From Patescibacteria group bacterium (GTDB lineage Bacteria > Patescibacteriota > UBA1384 > XYA2-FULL-43-10 > 1-14-0-10-43-13), in the NCBI GenBank assembly GCA_041674765.1, contig JBAYVE010000001.1, positions 198,177 to 262,176 on the forward strand: DNA of 64,000 nucleotides, in the 5' to 3' direction. Shown one piece after another: positions 45,258 to 54,818 of the stretch (within the stretch, counting starts at the first letter, position 1; each line of letters starts with the position of its first letter). The position numbers were made by a program, and so were the translations under genes. The notes under the pieces were generated by a model that saw only the letters and a program-made list of their open reading frames with translations, was not told the origin of the DNA and did no database searches.

Positions 45258-45671
45258 TTATTTCTCCTCTTCCTCTTCTAGATCGATCATATTTCGACAG
45301 ACATCGGCGCAATTTCGGCAAGCCATAGCACAATCCTTCATTTTCTGATCGTTGAAAAATTTCTCACATGATTCGGCGCAGTCATCACATATAAAAGCAC
45401 ACAAACTAAGCATATCTCCTGCATATTCTGAATCGCGTAAGAAAAAATTTTGGGCTATTTTACAGATATCGGCGCAATCCATCAACCACCGGAGGTGATC
45501 TTTTTCAACGAAATCTCCGCCTTGATCGAGACAATGGGTAATTCCGCTAACGCATTCTTCATAACATTGGTCCAGGTTTGCGATCAGATCTCTAGCTGAT
45601 TCGTCCTGCATAATGTCTTCGACAATCTCATCTTTTTCTTCCTCGGCTTCTTTGTTCTCGTCATTATCCAT
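45258..45671 (-). CDS. cysteine-rich four-helix-bundle protein (DUF326/Csp-like copper-storage type), acidic tails
   Basis: Repeated CxxxC / CxxC pairs (CYEEC, CADIC, CDDCAESC, CAMACRNCADVC) on predicted helices. Acidic N- and C-termini. Confidence 0.5.
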   Translation of the reverse strand: MDNDENKEAEEEKDEIVEDIMQDESARDLIANLDQCYEECVSGITHCLDQGGDFVEKDHLRWLMDCADICKIAQNFFLRDSEYAGDMLSLCAFICDDCAESCEKFFNDQKMKDCAMACRNCADVCRNMIDLEEEEEK

Positions 45672-45850
45672 AAATCCCTTTTCATTAATAATTATCTTCC
45701 AACTTATTTAAACTTCTTTTGCTCCGGCAAAAAATGTCATAGTTTATAAAAAAGACTACTCGATTGCTTCATTCATCTAACTTTTGAATAAAAAGACGAT
45801 GAAAAGATGGATTCGGAGGACTATCTTCAAATAAATTAAACAAGGATAGT

Positions 45851-46249
45851 ATGGAAAACGTTTTGGAGATTCTTCAAAACAGTCTCAGACACAATCATTT
45901 TCTGAAAGCGATTTATTCATCAAATTTCCAGACAATACTGGATGGGATCGGTCCGTTTACAGTGCTAGCACCGGTTGACGAGGCCTTTTTGAATTTACCG
46001 GACGATGTCTTTAATAAGTTGCTGGAGAATCAAGATCAGTTGAATATGATGGTCGGGCAACATGTTTTTACAGGTCGTTATGATGAAAAAGATCTTCGGG
46101 ATACGGATGAAATAATAACAATGGATAACAAAAACTTGGCGATTGAACTGCATGGCGAAGGGCTAATAGTGGGCGGCGCCAAAATAATTGAGTCCGATAT
46201 TGAATGCTCAAATGGCATCATCCATAGGGTGGATTTAGTGCTATTGTAA
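45851..46249 (+). CDS. fasciclin (FAS1) domain protein
   Basis: FTVLAPVDEAFLNLP.. and ..NGIIHRVDLVLL are FAS1 motifs. Confidence 0.65.
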   Translation: MENVLEILQNSLRHNHFLKAIYSSNFQTILDGIGPFTVLAPVDEAFLNLPDDVFNKLLENQDQLNMMVGQHVFTGRYDEKDLRDTDEIITMDNKNLAIELHGEGLIVGGAKIIESDIECSNGIIHRVDLVLL

Positions 46250-46309
46250 TAGCCTATGGGGTGATATAATAAAGGCAAATAAAGAAAGTAACATTTTGAG
46301 GAGGGGGAG

Positions 46310-47251
46310 ATGAATTTGCATCAATCGTTGTTATCGCTAAAACAAAAGAAGTTCTGGTTAATTCTAGGATTAATTATTATTACCGCCGTAGTTGTTGGCG
46401 GTGGTACTTATTATTTCATTCATACTAAGGCCGATAATGATAAAAATAACCTTCAGGCCCAAATTGATGATTTGAACGGAAAATTATCAAATGCCAATGT
46501 TAATGCAAATACTAATTTAAATATAAATGCAAATAATAACACGAACACAGCACCCGATCCGACCGCTGGTTGGACTGAATTTTCTTTGTCTTTCGCTAAT
46601 GCTGCCATAAAATATCCGGCAAATTGGCCTTCTATTAAGAGGTTGGATGCTCCGGCAGATGAAAACCAGGTGGCTTATTACTCATTCGATAATAATCCAG
46701 AGATCGAATCACCTCAGCGTGCCTTAACAGAATATAATATAGCTGAGTGGGTAAAATCTACTCCAGAGGAAGGTTACCGTTTATATAAAGAGAGGAAGGC
46801 AGAATTATTAAATATAGTAAAAGAGTTATTTGCGACAAGCAGTCTGACTGAAGCGTTAAAAACAAAGTTTAATAATTATAGTCTTGAATTTATGCCTTAT
46901 AGCACAAGAGTGTATGTCGATTATTTCTCAACGGTAGATGAAAAGTCCAAAGGCATTTCAATGATAAATATCCAGGGACAGGATGTTGGGTTAGCTTCAA
47001 CTTACAATGCATTTATTTATAACAGTGAGCATAATATTGTTGTAAGTGCCCGCAAAGAATTATCAGCACCATCAATTGAAAGAATCCGCAGTACAGTTGA
47101 CTACAGTCTTAAAGGAGACCCTTTGGAAAAATCTGGTAAGGACGCTCAGGATTCCTTTGCTAATTTGGTAAAGAATACCCCGAGAAACCAACTTGATTTT
47201 GCAGATCAGATGGATGAGGTAAACAACATACTCAAGTCACTAACATTTTAA
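46310..47251 (+). CDS. hypothetical membrane-anchored protein with Asn-rich low-complexity region
   Basis: N-terminal TM helix. NANVNANTNLNINANNNTNT stretch. Confidence 0.45.
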   Translation: MNLHQSLLSLKQKKFWLILGLIIITAVVVGGGTYYFIHTKADNDKNNLQAQIDDLNGKLSNANVNANTNLNINANNNTNTAPDPTAGWTEFSLSFANAAIKYPANWPSIKRLDAPADENQVAYYSFDNNPEIESPQRALTEYNIAEWVKSTPEEGYRLYKERKAELLNIVKELFATSSLTEALKTKFNNYSLEFMPYSTRVYVDYFSTVDEKSKGISMINIQGQDVGLASTYNAFIYNSEHNIVVSARKELSAPSIERIRSTVDYSLKGDPLEKSGKDAQDSFANLVKNTPRNQLDFADQMDEVNNILKSLTF

Positions 47252-47417
47252 TGACGACCAATAACAGTATTCAACAATTTTGAATATCCCAAAAGCTTGA
47301 CTCTGATATTTGATTTGATCGCTCTTGCGCTGGTTTGGATAGATTTCGGTTGTTGACAGTTACACTAAATAATGCTATAGTTAACGACAACCTAAACCTA
47401 TATGGAGGAGGGCTGTC

Positions 47418-47789
47418 ATGGCTCAACTAGAAATCAGCGGATTCCCTATCCACTATGATTATGAAGACCAGAGGCGGGAAATCGAGGATAAGGTTACTGG
47501 TGTCGTCAACCAGATCTTCGACACACATTTTATGGTCGGTTATTCGAGCGACATACTCCAGTACTCTGGAGTCGGCTGCGTCGTAGTCCGACTTGAAGTG
47601 GACCGGTCGACTGCAAAGCCGGACGTTGCGGACATGCAAACGGCGATCTACGAATTGGGTGTGAATATTTCGAACATCTTACGCCAATCTTTGACGATGT
47701 TCGGGATACACGGTATTGATGGTGTCGTAACGCAAATCGACACAGACACAACTGAAAATGCCTTTCTGCAGGTGATCAAGCTCCGCTAG
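47418..47789 (+). CDS. hypothetical protein (GC-rich gene)
   Basis: SD GGAGGAGGG before the ATG. 123 aa. Composition deviates from neighbours. Confidence 0.4.
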   Translation: MAQLEISGFPIHYDYEDQRREIEDKVTGVVNQIFDTHFMVGYSSDILQYSGVGCVVVRLEVDRSTAKPDVADMQTAIYELGVNISNILRQSLTMFGIHGIDGVVTQIDTDTTENAFLQVIKLR

Positions 47790-47866
47790 CAGCCGTTAGA
47801 CAGGCCTTCCGAGTATTCGGGAGGCCTGCATTTATAGTTTTAAGATATTGGTGTTATAATTGATCT

Positions 47867-48355
47867 ATGGTTTCGATTCTGATTTTTATATTTCTTTTGG
47901 TTTTGCTCCTTTTGGGACTGCTGGGAGTAATTTTGCCGATGCTTCCAGGCATTCCCCTGATGTTCTTGACGGTGCTGCTTTACGCTATTTTCGATCATTT
48001 CGATCGGATTACGGTTACAAATATTGTTATACTCGGCATCTTTACAGCTCTATCTATATTAACCGACTACGCCTCAGGAATCCTTGGCGCCAAATTTTTC
48101 GGGGCATCGAAACAGGGGATGATTGGCGGCCTCATCGGTGGTATTGCCGGCTTATTTATCTTTCCGCCGTTTGGAATTTTTATCGGGTTATTTTTGGGCG
48201 TCATAGCATCAGAACTATTGCTTACTGGCAAAAAGATAAATCGTGCGATAAAATCAGGTGCCGGAGCCTTGCTCGGATCACTCGCCGGAATCTTAACAAA
48301 CTTTTTGGTCGGGTTGATATTTATTATCTATTTTATCTTTGGCTTTTGGCGATGA
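47867..48355 (+). CDS. DUF456-like small membrane protein
   Basis: Four TM helices, with GIPLMFLTVLLYAIFDHFD. Confidence 0.5.
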   Translation: MVSILIFIFLLVLLLLGLLGVILPMLPGIPLMFLTVLLYAIFDHFDRITVTNIVILGIFTALSILTDYASGILGAKFFGASKQGMIGGLIGGIAGLFIFPPFGIFIGLFLGVIASELLLTGKKINRAIKSGAGALLGSLAGILTNFLVGLIFIIYFIFGFWR

Positions 48356-50436
48356 AAAAAAAGAAGAATCAATTAGTAATTGCAATTTCCGGAGTTTCCG
48401 GAGCAGGGAAAGGGACACTGCTCGATTTTTTGCGTGATATGAAGGAGACTTTTTGCAATGTACCTTCCTATACAACAAGAGCCAAGAGACCGGGCGAGGC
48501 AGAGGGCACAAATCGTTTTTTTATTTCCGAAGAAGAATTTGATGCGGGTATAAAGGCCGGTGAATTTATCGAATGGGAGAAAGTCCATCAATACCGCTAT
48601 GGCCGGAAAAAGAAGGACGTCGAAGCGGCGATAGAGAGCGGCAAAATCCCTTTTATGGAGATTGATGTCAAAGGCACGCAAAAGTTCAAAAAGATATTTC
48701 CCGGACTCGTCAGTATTTTTATATTGCCACCAAGTTTTGAAGAAGCAATGAAAAGAGTTCGAAACAGGGGAGCTGAATCCGAGGAGGACATTAAACTTCG
48801 AGCTTCGCGCTATGAAATGGAAACATCTTATAAAAATGCCTATGATCATATTCTGATCAATGATGATTTGAATAAAGCCAAGGCCGATCTTCTGTCGATC
48901 ATTCGCAAAGAGGAAGAGAAATTAAGAAAAAGTCAATTTGATCTGAGACATTCGATTTTGATCGGTCTGGGAGCGTTGTTTCTAACAACTTTTTTCACGG
49001 TGGCTGCGGCAGCTTCACTTCTGCTGACCGGAACGATGAGCGAGCAGACAAAGGAAAACAAAATTTTACAAACGGAGGAAGAAGCCCAAACTCCCGAGCC
49101 CGAGGTAGTCGAGGCCATTCCATCTGTAGAAGAAATATCCAAGGAAGTCGCCAAAAATCCTCCAAAACGCACAGCTCCGATAAACTCGGGGCAGACAACC
49201 ACAAATAGCGACGGAACTAAAACCACGGTTGTTTCGACCGGCGGAGGCCTCGGCGATCTGAGTGGCGTCTTATCCAGCAATGTGAGTGCTAGCACTCCAT
49301 ATGGGGTTCCCTACAGGGATGAGACTGGAGAATATTCTAATTTGGGTACTGTCTTGAAGGACTATCTAAATAACAGTCTTCGCTGGAAGAACGAGATTAC
49401 TGCCTTGAAGGAGATTGTATTGCGGAATGCCGGCAATACCGGATGGAGTGGCCAGTATCTTGGCCAATATACGGCAGATTCCAGTGGGAAGATTACAAAT
49501 GCTAGTGGTGTCATCGTTTTGAATGCCTATTATGGAAGCGGCTCCAACTTTATTGAGGATATGAAATTGGTTTTTTCCCATGAATATGGGCATCACTATA
49601 CGCTTTATCATAAATGGGTGGATTGGAGTTTGCCAAATGGTGTACGCTTTCCTGATAGCTACTATCAACTAAGAGGACTCTCCAAAACAACAACTTCAAC
49701 AGACTACTCGAAAGGATGGATCAATTGCGAATCTGAAATCATTGCCGAGGACTATTCTTACCTCTATTCCGGCTATGGCTATAGCGGAGTAGCGGATATC
49801 TATGGTCTTCCTTCCTCTGCAGTTAGAAATTGGCTGGACAAAATCGGTGATAGTTCGCTTTTGAATACTATTGTTAATCAGGCGCCAACAATTAATATAA
49901 TTTCGCCAGCTCCCGCCGCTGTACTTTCTGGTACTTTTTCATTTTCAGCTGAAGCTAGTGACGATATTGGAATTTCAAAGGTCTCTTTCTATATCGATAA
50001 CACTTTGATCCTTGAGGATACAAAGGCACCGTATGCTGTCGAGATCAATACATCAAGTTTCCAAAACGGCCAGTATAATCTTCGGGCTGTAGTTTCAGAT
50101 GGCACTTTGTCGGCTGAAAAGATTACGGCTGTCACTTTGCAAAATAATGTGGTTGATCTGGAGAAACCTGTAGTTACTATTATTTCACCTACTGAAAACC
50201 CTCAAATTCTGAAAAATGATAATTTAACTCTAAATGTTACAGCAACAGATAATAATCGGATTGATCGGATCGAACTCTATCTTGATGACGAAAAGCAAAA
50301 CAGTTGGAAGCTTGCGGATCTCTCACTACGGGTCTCATTCAAAAATTTCCCTGTTGGGAACTATACTCTAAAATTTAGAGCTTTCGATGAGGCGGGGAAT
50401 TATGGTGATGCCACACTTCAAGTAGTCAAAATTTAA
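48352..50436 (+). CDS. gmk: fusion protein: complete guanylate kinase domain + TM helix + extracytoplasmic HExxH (zincin-like) region + two Ig-like domains
   Basis: ATG overlaps the upstream stop (ATGA). Gmk motifs ISGVSGAGKGTLL, YTTRAKRPGEAEGTNRFFISEEEF, EIDVKGTQK. TM ILIGLGALFLTTFFTVAAAASLLLTG. FSHEYGHHYTLYH. Two ~100-aa Ig-like repeats (..ISPAPAAVLSGTFSFSAEASDDIGISKVSFYID.., ..IISPTENPQILKNDNLTLNVTATDNNRIDRIELYLD..). Confidence 0.55.
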   Translation: MKKKKNQLVIAISGVSGAGKGTLLDFLRDMKETFCNVPSYTTRAKRPGEAEGTNRFFISEEEFDAGIKAGEFIEWEKVHQYRYGRKKKDVEAAIESGKIPFMEIDVKGTQKFKKIFPGLVSIFILPPSFEEAMKRVRNRGAESEEDIKLRASRYEMETSYKNAYDHILINDDLNKAKADLLSIIRKEEEKLRKSQFDLRHSILIGLGALFLTTFFTVAAAASLLLTGTMSEQTKENKILQTEEEAQTPEPEVVEAIPSVEEISKEVAKNPPKRTAPINSGQTTTNSDGTKTTVVSTGGGLGDLSGVLSSNVSASTPYGVPYRDETGEYSNLGTVLKDYLNNSLRWKNEITALKEIVLRNAGNTGWSGQYLGQYTADSSGKITNASGVIVLNAYYGSGSNFIEDMKLVFSHEYGHHYTLYHKWVDWSLPNGVRFPDSYYQLRGLSKTTTSTDYSKGWINCESEIIAEDYSYLYSGYGYSGVADIYGLPSSAVRNWLDKIGDSSLLNTIVNQAPTINIISPAPAAVLSGTFSFSAEASDDIGISKVSFYIDNTLILEDTKAPYAVEINTSSFQNGQYNLRAVVSDGTLSAEKITAVTLQNNVVDLEKPVVTIISPTENPQILKNDNLTLNVTATDNNRIDRIELYLDDEKQNSWKLADLSLRVSFKNFPVGNYTLKFRAFDEAGNYGDATLQVVKI

Positions 50437-50499
50437 AAGGCAAAACGAAAAAGTTAAAACTAATCTGTTCGTTCCACGAACGGACTTTATAATAGTTCA

Positions 50500-50550
50500 G
50501 CCACTCTGCCTGCCGGCAGGCAGAGTGGCTACCAAAGTTTTACATTTTTA
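50500..50550 (+). terminator. rho-independent terminator after the gmk-fusion gene
   Basis: 13-bp-stem hairpin GCCACTCTGCCTGCCGGCAGGCAGAGTGGC, followed by a U-rich tail. Confidence 0.5.
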
Positions 50551-50686
50551 CTTTTAACTTTTAAGTTAATATATGCCCCGTCCTTCAAGATATCATTTTC
50601 CAATCAGGGTTTCCCTGTAAAAATAAATTATGTTAAAATCCAATCTAGAATTGCTAAATTAGCACCCTGTTGATAACATCGTATAA

Positions 50687-50740
50687 AACCACTATATATA
50701 GTATATTTGTACTAACATTAACCACTACATATAGTGGTTA
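50687..50740 (+). promoter_or_regulatory. two putative NrdR boxes upstream of nrdD
   Basis: CCACTATATATAGTAT and CCACTACATATAGTGG, centres 33 bp apart, about 150 bp upstream of the nrdD ATG. Resemble the acaCwAtATaTwGtgt NrdR consensus as remembered. Confidence 0.45.
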
Positions 50741-50889
50741 ATTTTTTTGAAATTGTTGCCATAAAATTTCAAGAATAGTAATATAGTTATTACCGAACAA
50801 AAGACGGACAGAATTTTTAGCCGGCGATTGATTCTTGGCCAGAAAATAATCAAAGGCTGGAACGATTAATAATAAGGAATGGAGGGAGA

Positions 50890-53142
50890 ATGTTCACAAA
50901 AATCCGGAAAAGAAATGGCAAACTTGTCGATTTCGATGCTGAAAAAATTGCAACAGTCATAGCCAAAGCTGGTAAAGCCGCAGGTGAGTTCGACGAAGCG
51001 GTTGCCAAAAAGCTGGCAGACAAAGTCCTGAGGGAGGCACCGGAAAAAATCAGGCGCAAAATTCCGACGGTAGAGGAGATACAAGATATCGTCGAAGACG
51101 TTTTATTGACGTCTAAATATAAAGCGACAGCGAGGGGATACGTTATCTACCGTCAGAAACACGCTGAAATGCGTGAATTAGCTGAAACTCAAAGAGTCGA
51201 TCTGATGGATCAATATTTGAAAAATCTTGACTGGCAGGTCAAGGAGAACTCCAATATGGCTTATTCGCTTCAGGGGTTAAACAATTATATTTCCTCCGAA
51301 GTTTCGAAAAGCTACTGGTTGCACAAAGTTTACACTCCAGAAGTCGCCCGTGCCAATTCTGAAGGCGATATGCATATCCATGACCTAGATAAGCTCTCGA
51401 CCTATTGTGTCGGCTGGGACCTTCAGGATCTCTTGCGCGAAGGTTTTAAGGGTGCTGAAGGCAAGATCGAGTCGAAGCCTGCAAAACATCTCAAAACTGC
51501 CTTGGGCCAGCTTGTAAATTTCTTCTACACAATGCAGGGCGAGTCAGCCGGGGCTCAGGCCGTTTCTAATTTCGATACCCTGATGGCACCATATATTCGC
51601 TATGATAAGCTCTCGGTCAAAGAGGTCAAACAGAGTTTGCAGGAATTCATGTTCAATATGAATGTGCCAACGAGAGTTGGTTTTCAGACACCTTTTACTA
51701 ATGTGACGATGGATTTGATTTGCCCGAGCACTTTGGCTGACGAACCGGTTATCTCGGGGGGGCAACCTCAAAAGGAGACCTATAAAGAGTTCCAAAAAGA
51801 GATGAATATTTTCAACGAAGCCTTTACTGAAGTTATCTCTGAGGGCGACGCCAGAGGCCGTGTTTTTACTTTCCCGATCCCTACTTACAACATCACCAAG
51901 GATTTTGACTGGAGCAACAAAGAAATCGACGGGGTTTGGAAGATGACCGCTAAATATGGAATTCCTTATTTCTCAAACTTTGTAAATTCCGATATGAGTC
52001 CTGAAGATGCCCGAAGCATGTGTTGCCGTCTCCGTCTGGATAATCGCGAGCTTCGGAAACGCGGCGGCGGACTATTCGGCGCAAATCCGCTGACTGGTTC
52101 TGTCGGCGTGGTAACAATCAATTTACCCAGACTCGGTTACCGTTCAAGGGACAAAAGAGAATTCCTCTACAATCTTTCCTATGTCATGGATCTGGCCAAA
52201 GAGAGTCTCGAAATGAAGCGTAAAGTTTTGGAGAATATGACCGAAGCCGGACTCTATCCTTACACCAAATTCTATCTGCGCAATATTAAAAAGAGAGACG
52301 ATCGTTATTGGGGCAACCATTTCTCGACCATCGGCCTCTTGGGTATGAATGAAGCTTGTCTGAACCTTTTCGGCCGTGATGTTACAACGGCAGAAGGTCA
52401 GCAGTTTGCCAGAGAAGTGCTCGAATTTATGCGCGAGAGAATGGCTGTTTACCAAAATGAAACCGGTAATTATTACAACTTGGAAGCAACTCCGGCCGAA
52501 GGCACCTCCTTCCGTTTGGCGTTAAAAGACAAAGAGAGATATCCGGACATTATGGTCGCCAATGAAGGACAATATCAAGATCAAAAAGTCTCTCCATATT
52601 ATACCAATTCATCCCACGTCCCCGTTGATTTTACGGATGATGCCTTCGAACTGCTTGATCTCCAAGATGATCTACAGACAAAATATACCGGCGGTACGGT
52701 GGTCCATCTCTTTGTCGGAGAAGAAATAAAGGATACTACGGCAGTCAAAAACTTTGTTCGGACAGTTTGTGAAAATTATCATCTACCATACTTCACGATC
52801 ACTCCGACCTTCTCTATCTGCCCAAACCACGGTTATATCGCCGGCAAGGTGATGACCTGTGAAAAGTGTGGTGCCGCGAACGAAGTTTACTCACGAATAG
52901 TTGGTTATATCCGCCCTATTCAGCAGTGGAATGCCGGCAAACGGGCCGAATTTGATGACCGCCAGACTTACCATATTGAGGTTAAGAAGAACAAAGAAGA
53001 AGAAAGCGCAACTGAAGAATTATCATTTGTTGATCAGATCAAAGATAAAGCGGACGAGATCAAGGAGAAAATTGCCGATGTTGTGATAGAGCCGGCTTTA
53101 GCGGAGGTGGGAGCAGACTCGGAACAAGCAGCACTGGTATAG
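50890..53142 (+). CDS. nrdD: anaerobic ribonucleoside-triphosphate reductase (class III)
   Basis: SD GGAGGGAG. N-terminal ATP-cone (KIRKRNGKLVDFDAEKI). C-terminal Zn ribbon CPNHG..CEKCG. Glycyl-radical motif RIVGYIR. Confidence 0.9.
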   Translation: MFTKIRKRNGKLVDFDAEKIATVIAKAGKAAGEFDEAVAKKLADKVLREAPEKIRRKIPTVEEIQDIVEDVLLTSKYKATARGYVIYRQKHAEMRELAETQRVDLMDQYLKNLDWQVKENSNMAYSLQGLNNYISSEVSKSYWLHKVYTPEVARANSEGDMHIHDLDKLSTYCVGWDLQDLLREGFKGAEGKIESKPAKHLKTALGQLVNFFYTMQGESAGAQAVSNFDTLMAPYIRYDKLSVKEVKQSLQEFMFNMNVPTRVGFQTPFTNVTMDLICPSTLADEPVISGGQPQKETYKEFQKEMNIFNEAFTEVISEGDARGRVFTFPIPTYNITKDFDWSNKEIDGVWKMTAKYGIPYFSNFVNSDMSPEDARSMCCRLRLDNRELRKRGGGLFGANPLTGSVGVVTINLPRLGYRSRDKREFLYNLSYVMDLAKESLEMKRKVLENMTEAGLYPYTKFYLRNIKKRDDRYWGNHFSTIGLLGMNEACLNLFGRDVTTAEGQQFAREVLEFMRERMAVYQNETGNYYNLEATPAEGTSFRLALKDKERYPDIMVANEGQYQDQKVSPYYTNSSHVPVDFTDDAFELLDLQDDLQTKYTGGTVVHLFVGEEIKDTTAVKNFVRTVCENYHLPYFTITPTFSICPNHGYIAGKVMTCEKCGAANEVYSRIVGYIRPIQQWNAGKRAEFDDRQTYHIEVKKNKEEESATEELSFVDQIKDKADEIKEKIADVVIEPALAEVGADSEQAALV

Positions 53143-53266
53143 GCGGGAACACCCAAATCTCAAGTACCAAATAACAAATAAATTCCAATGCCCAAAAATA
53201 AAATATTGGAATTTGATGATTTTAAGATTTATTTGGTACTTGTTATTTGTAATTTATTATTTAACT

Positions 53267-54028
53267 ATGAACATCGCAGGTATCCAAAAACTTACTCTGG
53301 TGGACTTTCCCGGTCATGTGGCAGCGACGGTTTTTACTAGAGGCTGTACTTTTCGCTGTCCTTTCTGCCACAATCCTGAGCTGGTTGTACCGGAACAATT
53401 TAGTCCTCTTCTATCCGAAAAACAGATTTTTGATTTCTTAGAGTCGCGCTACGGGAAATTGACTGGAATATGCCTGACCGGTGGTGAACCGACCATGCAA
53501 AAGGATTGCGACCAGTTCATCTCCCATATGAAGGCGCTTGGCTTTGATATGAAATTAGATACCAACGGCTCGAATCCAAAGATGCTGGAGAAAATCATCA
53601 AGGATGGTGATGTCGACTATATCGCCATGGACATCAAGGGAACACTTGAAAAGTATCCCCAAATTATCAATTATCAATTATCAATTATCAATAATGGAAT
53701 TGGCAATTTAGAGATTGAAAAATTAAGTGAAAATTGGAAATTGAAAAATGAAAATTTAATATCGAACATTCAAAAATCCATCAAATTGATCATGTCATCG
53801 GGAATTGACTATGAATTTCGGACCACGATTTGCCATCCCATTCATGAAGTCGAGGATTTCTACGGCATAGGGGAATTGATCAAAGGTGCCAAGCGCTATT
53901 TTATACAACAATTTGTCAAGTCAAAACATGTCGATGCTCACCAGAACTTTGAGCCGTTTACTGACTCTGAGATCGCAAAATCTCTCGATATTATACAACA
54001 ATTTGTCAAGTCGGCAGAGGTAAGATAG
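53267..54028 (+). CDS. nrdG: anaerobic ribonucleotide reductase activating protein (radical SAM) with low-complexity insertion
   Basis: MNIAGIQKLTLVDFPGHVAATVFTRGCTFRCPFCHNPEL (CX3CX2C). Insertion IINYQLSIINNG is encoded by an AATTATC triplet repeat. Duplicated IQQFVKS near the C-terminus. Confidence 0.7.
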   Translation: MNIAGIQKLTLVDFPGHVAATVFTRGCTFRCPFCHNPELVVPEQFSPLLSEKQIFDFLESRYGKLTGICLTGGEPTMQKDCDQFISHMKALGFDMKLDTNGSNPKMLEKIIKDGDVDYIAMDIKGTLEKYPQIINYQLSIINNGIGNLEIEKLSENWKLKNENLISNIQKSIKLIMSSGIDYEFRTTICHPIHEVEDFYGIGELIKGAKRYFIQQFVKSKHVDAHQNFEPFTDSEIAKSLDIIQQFVKSAEVR

Positions 54029-54087
54029 AGAAACGATTATAATAATTATCCAGATCTAAAGTACTAGAATCACCAACCTTCTAAGCC

Positions 54088-54711
54088 ATGGCTAAGGTAT
54101 TGCCAAGAGGGCCGTTTTGTTGTATCATGAGCCCAGCAATGATACCGGAAAGGATGGGCAAGCTCATGAGAAGTAGAGCATATAGGATTTCTCTGCGGGA
54201 ATGGTTGATGCTTTTCCTATTATCGATCATTTTGCCAAAGAAGGAAATTCATCAGCATGACAGCAATGAAAATATTCCAGACGAGGTGAAAAGAACGATT
54301 GCGTATCTCCTGACGCCATGGCGGGAAGACGCCTTGATGCAGATGGAAGCCAGCCTTGTCTTTGCGCTTGACAAGGAGCTTGACCGGCTTCAAAGCCTCT
54401 TGGAAAGGACTTCATATTGCCTTTTTGGGATCAAAGATCTCCGGCTACTGGCGCAAAGAAGTCGTTCTGACGGTAATGTCGAAATCGCTCTGCTCGAGAA
54501 GAGACGGCAGCTTGCCGAGGTCTATCTGACAAACTTCTATCCGGCAGAACCTTCCTTTGAACAGGTGAGATTCTTCAGATCCTGCTTTCTCTATCTAGCC
54601 AAGAAGGCGAGGATGGAAGAGCAGGAAGTGGAGTCTCGGGTCAACATGATGATCCGTTTCCATGCGGAAATCATCTACCAGCGAATAATAGGGTTGGCCA
54701 TTGGAGACTAG
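54088..54711 (+). CDS. hypothetical protein (GC-rich)
   Basis: 207-aa ORF; terminator hairpin downstream. Start uncertain. Confidence 0.35.
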   Translation: MAKVLPRGPFCCIMSPAMIPERMGKLMRSRAYRISLREWLMLFLLSIILPKKEIHQHDSNENIPDEVKRTIAYLLTPWREDALMQMEASLVFALDKELDRLQSLLERTSYCLFGIKDLRLLAQRSRSDGNVEIALLEKRRQLAEVYLTNFYPAEPSFEQVRFFRSCFLYLAKKARMEEQEVESRVNMMIRFHAEIIYQRIIGLAIGD

Positions 54712-54743
54712 CGGAAACCTGATCATGTCTGGGCGCGGGAAAG

Positions 54744-54800
54744 GATTCCCAAGCCCAGTTTTTTTTATAAAAAAAGGATACGGCCGGGGTACCGTATCCA
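54744..54800. terminator. pair of back-to-back terminators between convergent genes
   Basis: CTGGGCGCGGGAAAGGATTCCCAAGCCCAG + T8, then GGATACGGCCGGGGTACCGTATCC preceded by A-run. Confidence 0.5.
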
Positions 54801-54818
54801 AGGGAAATGTGGGGAGGG

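Noticed and set aside
47860-48351. N-terminal 164 codons of the 858-aa ORF 47860..50436
   Set aside because: This stretch overlaps the DUF456 gene in another frame. The translation is Arg/Tyr-rich nonsense. A clean ATG at 48352 overlaps the DUF456 stop (ATGA) and begins the Gmk P-loop. The real gene starts at 48352.
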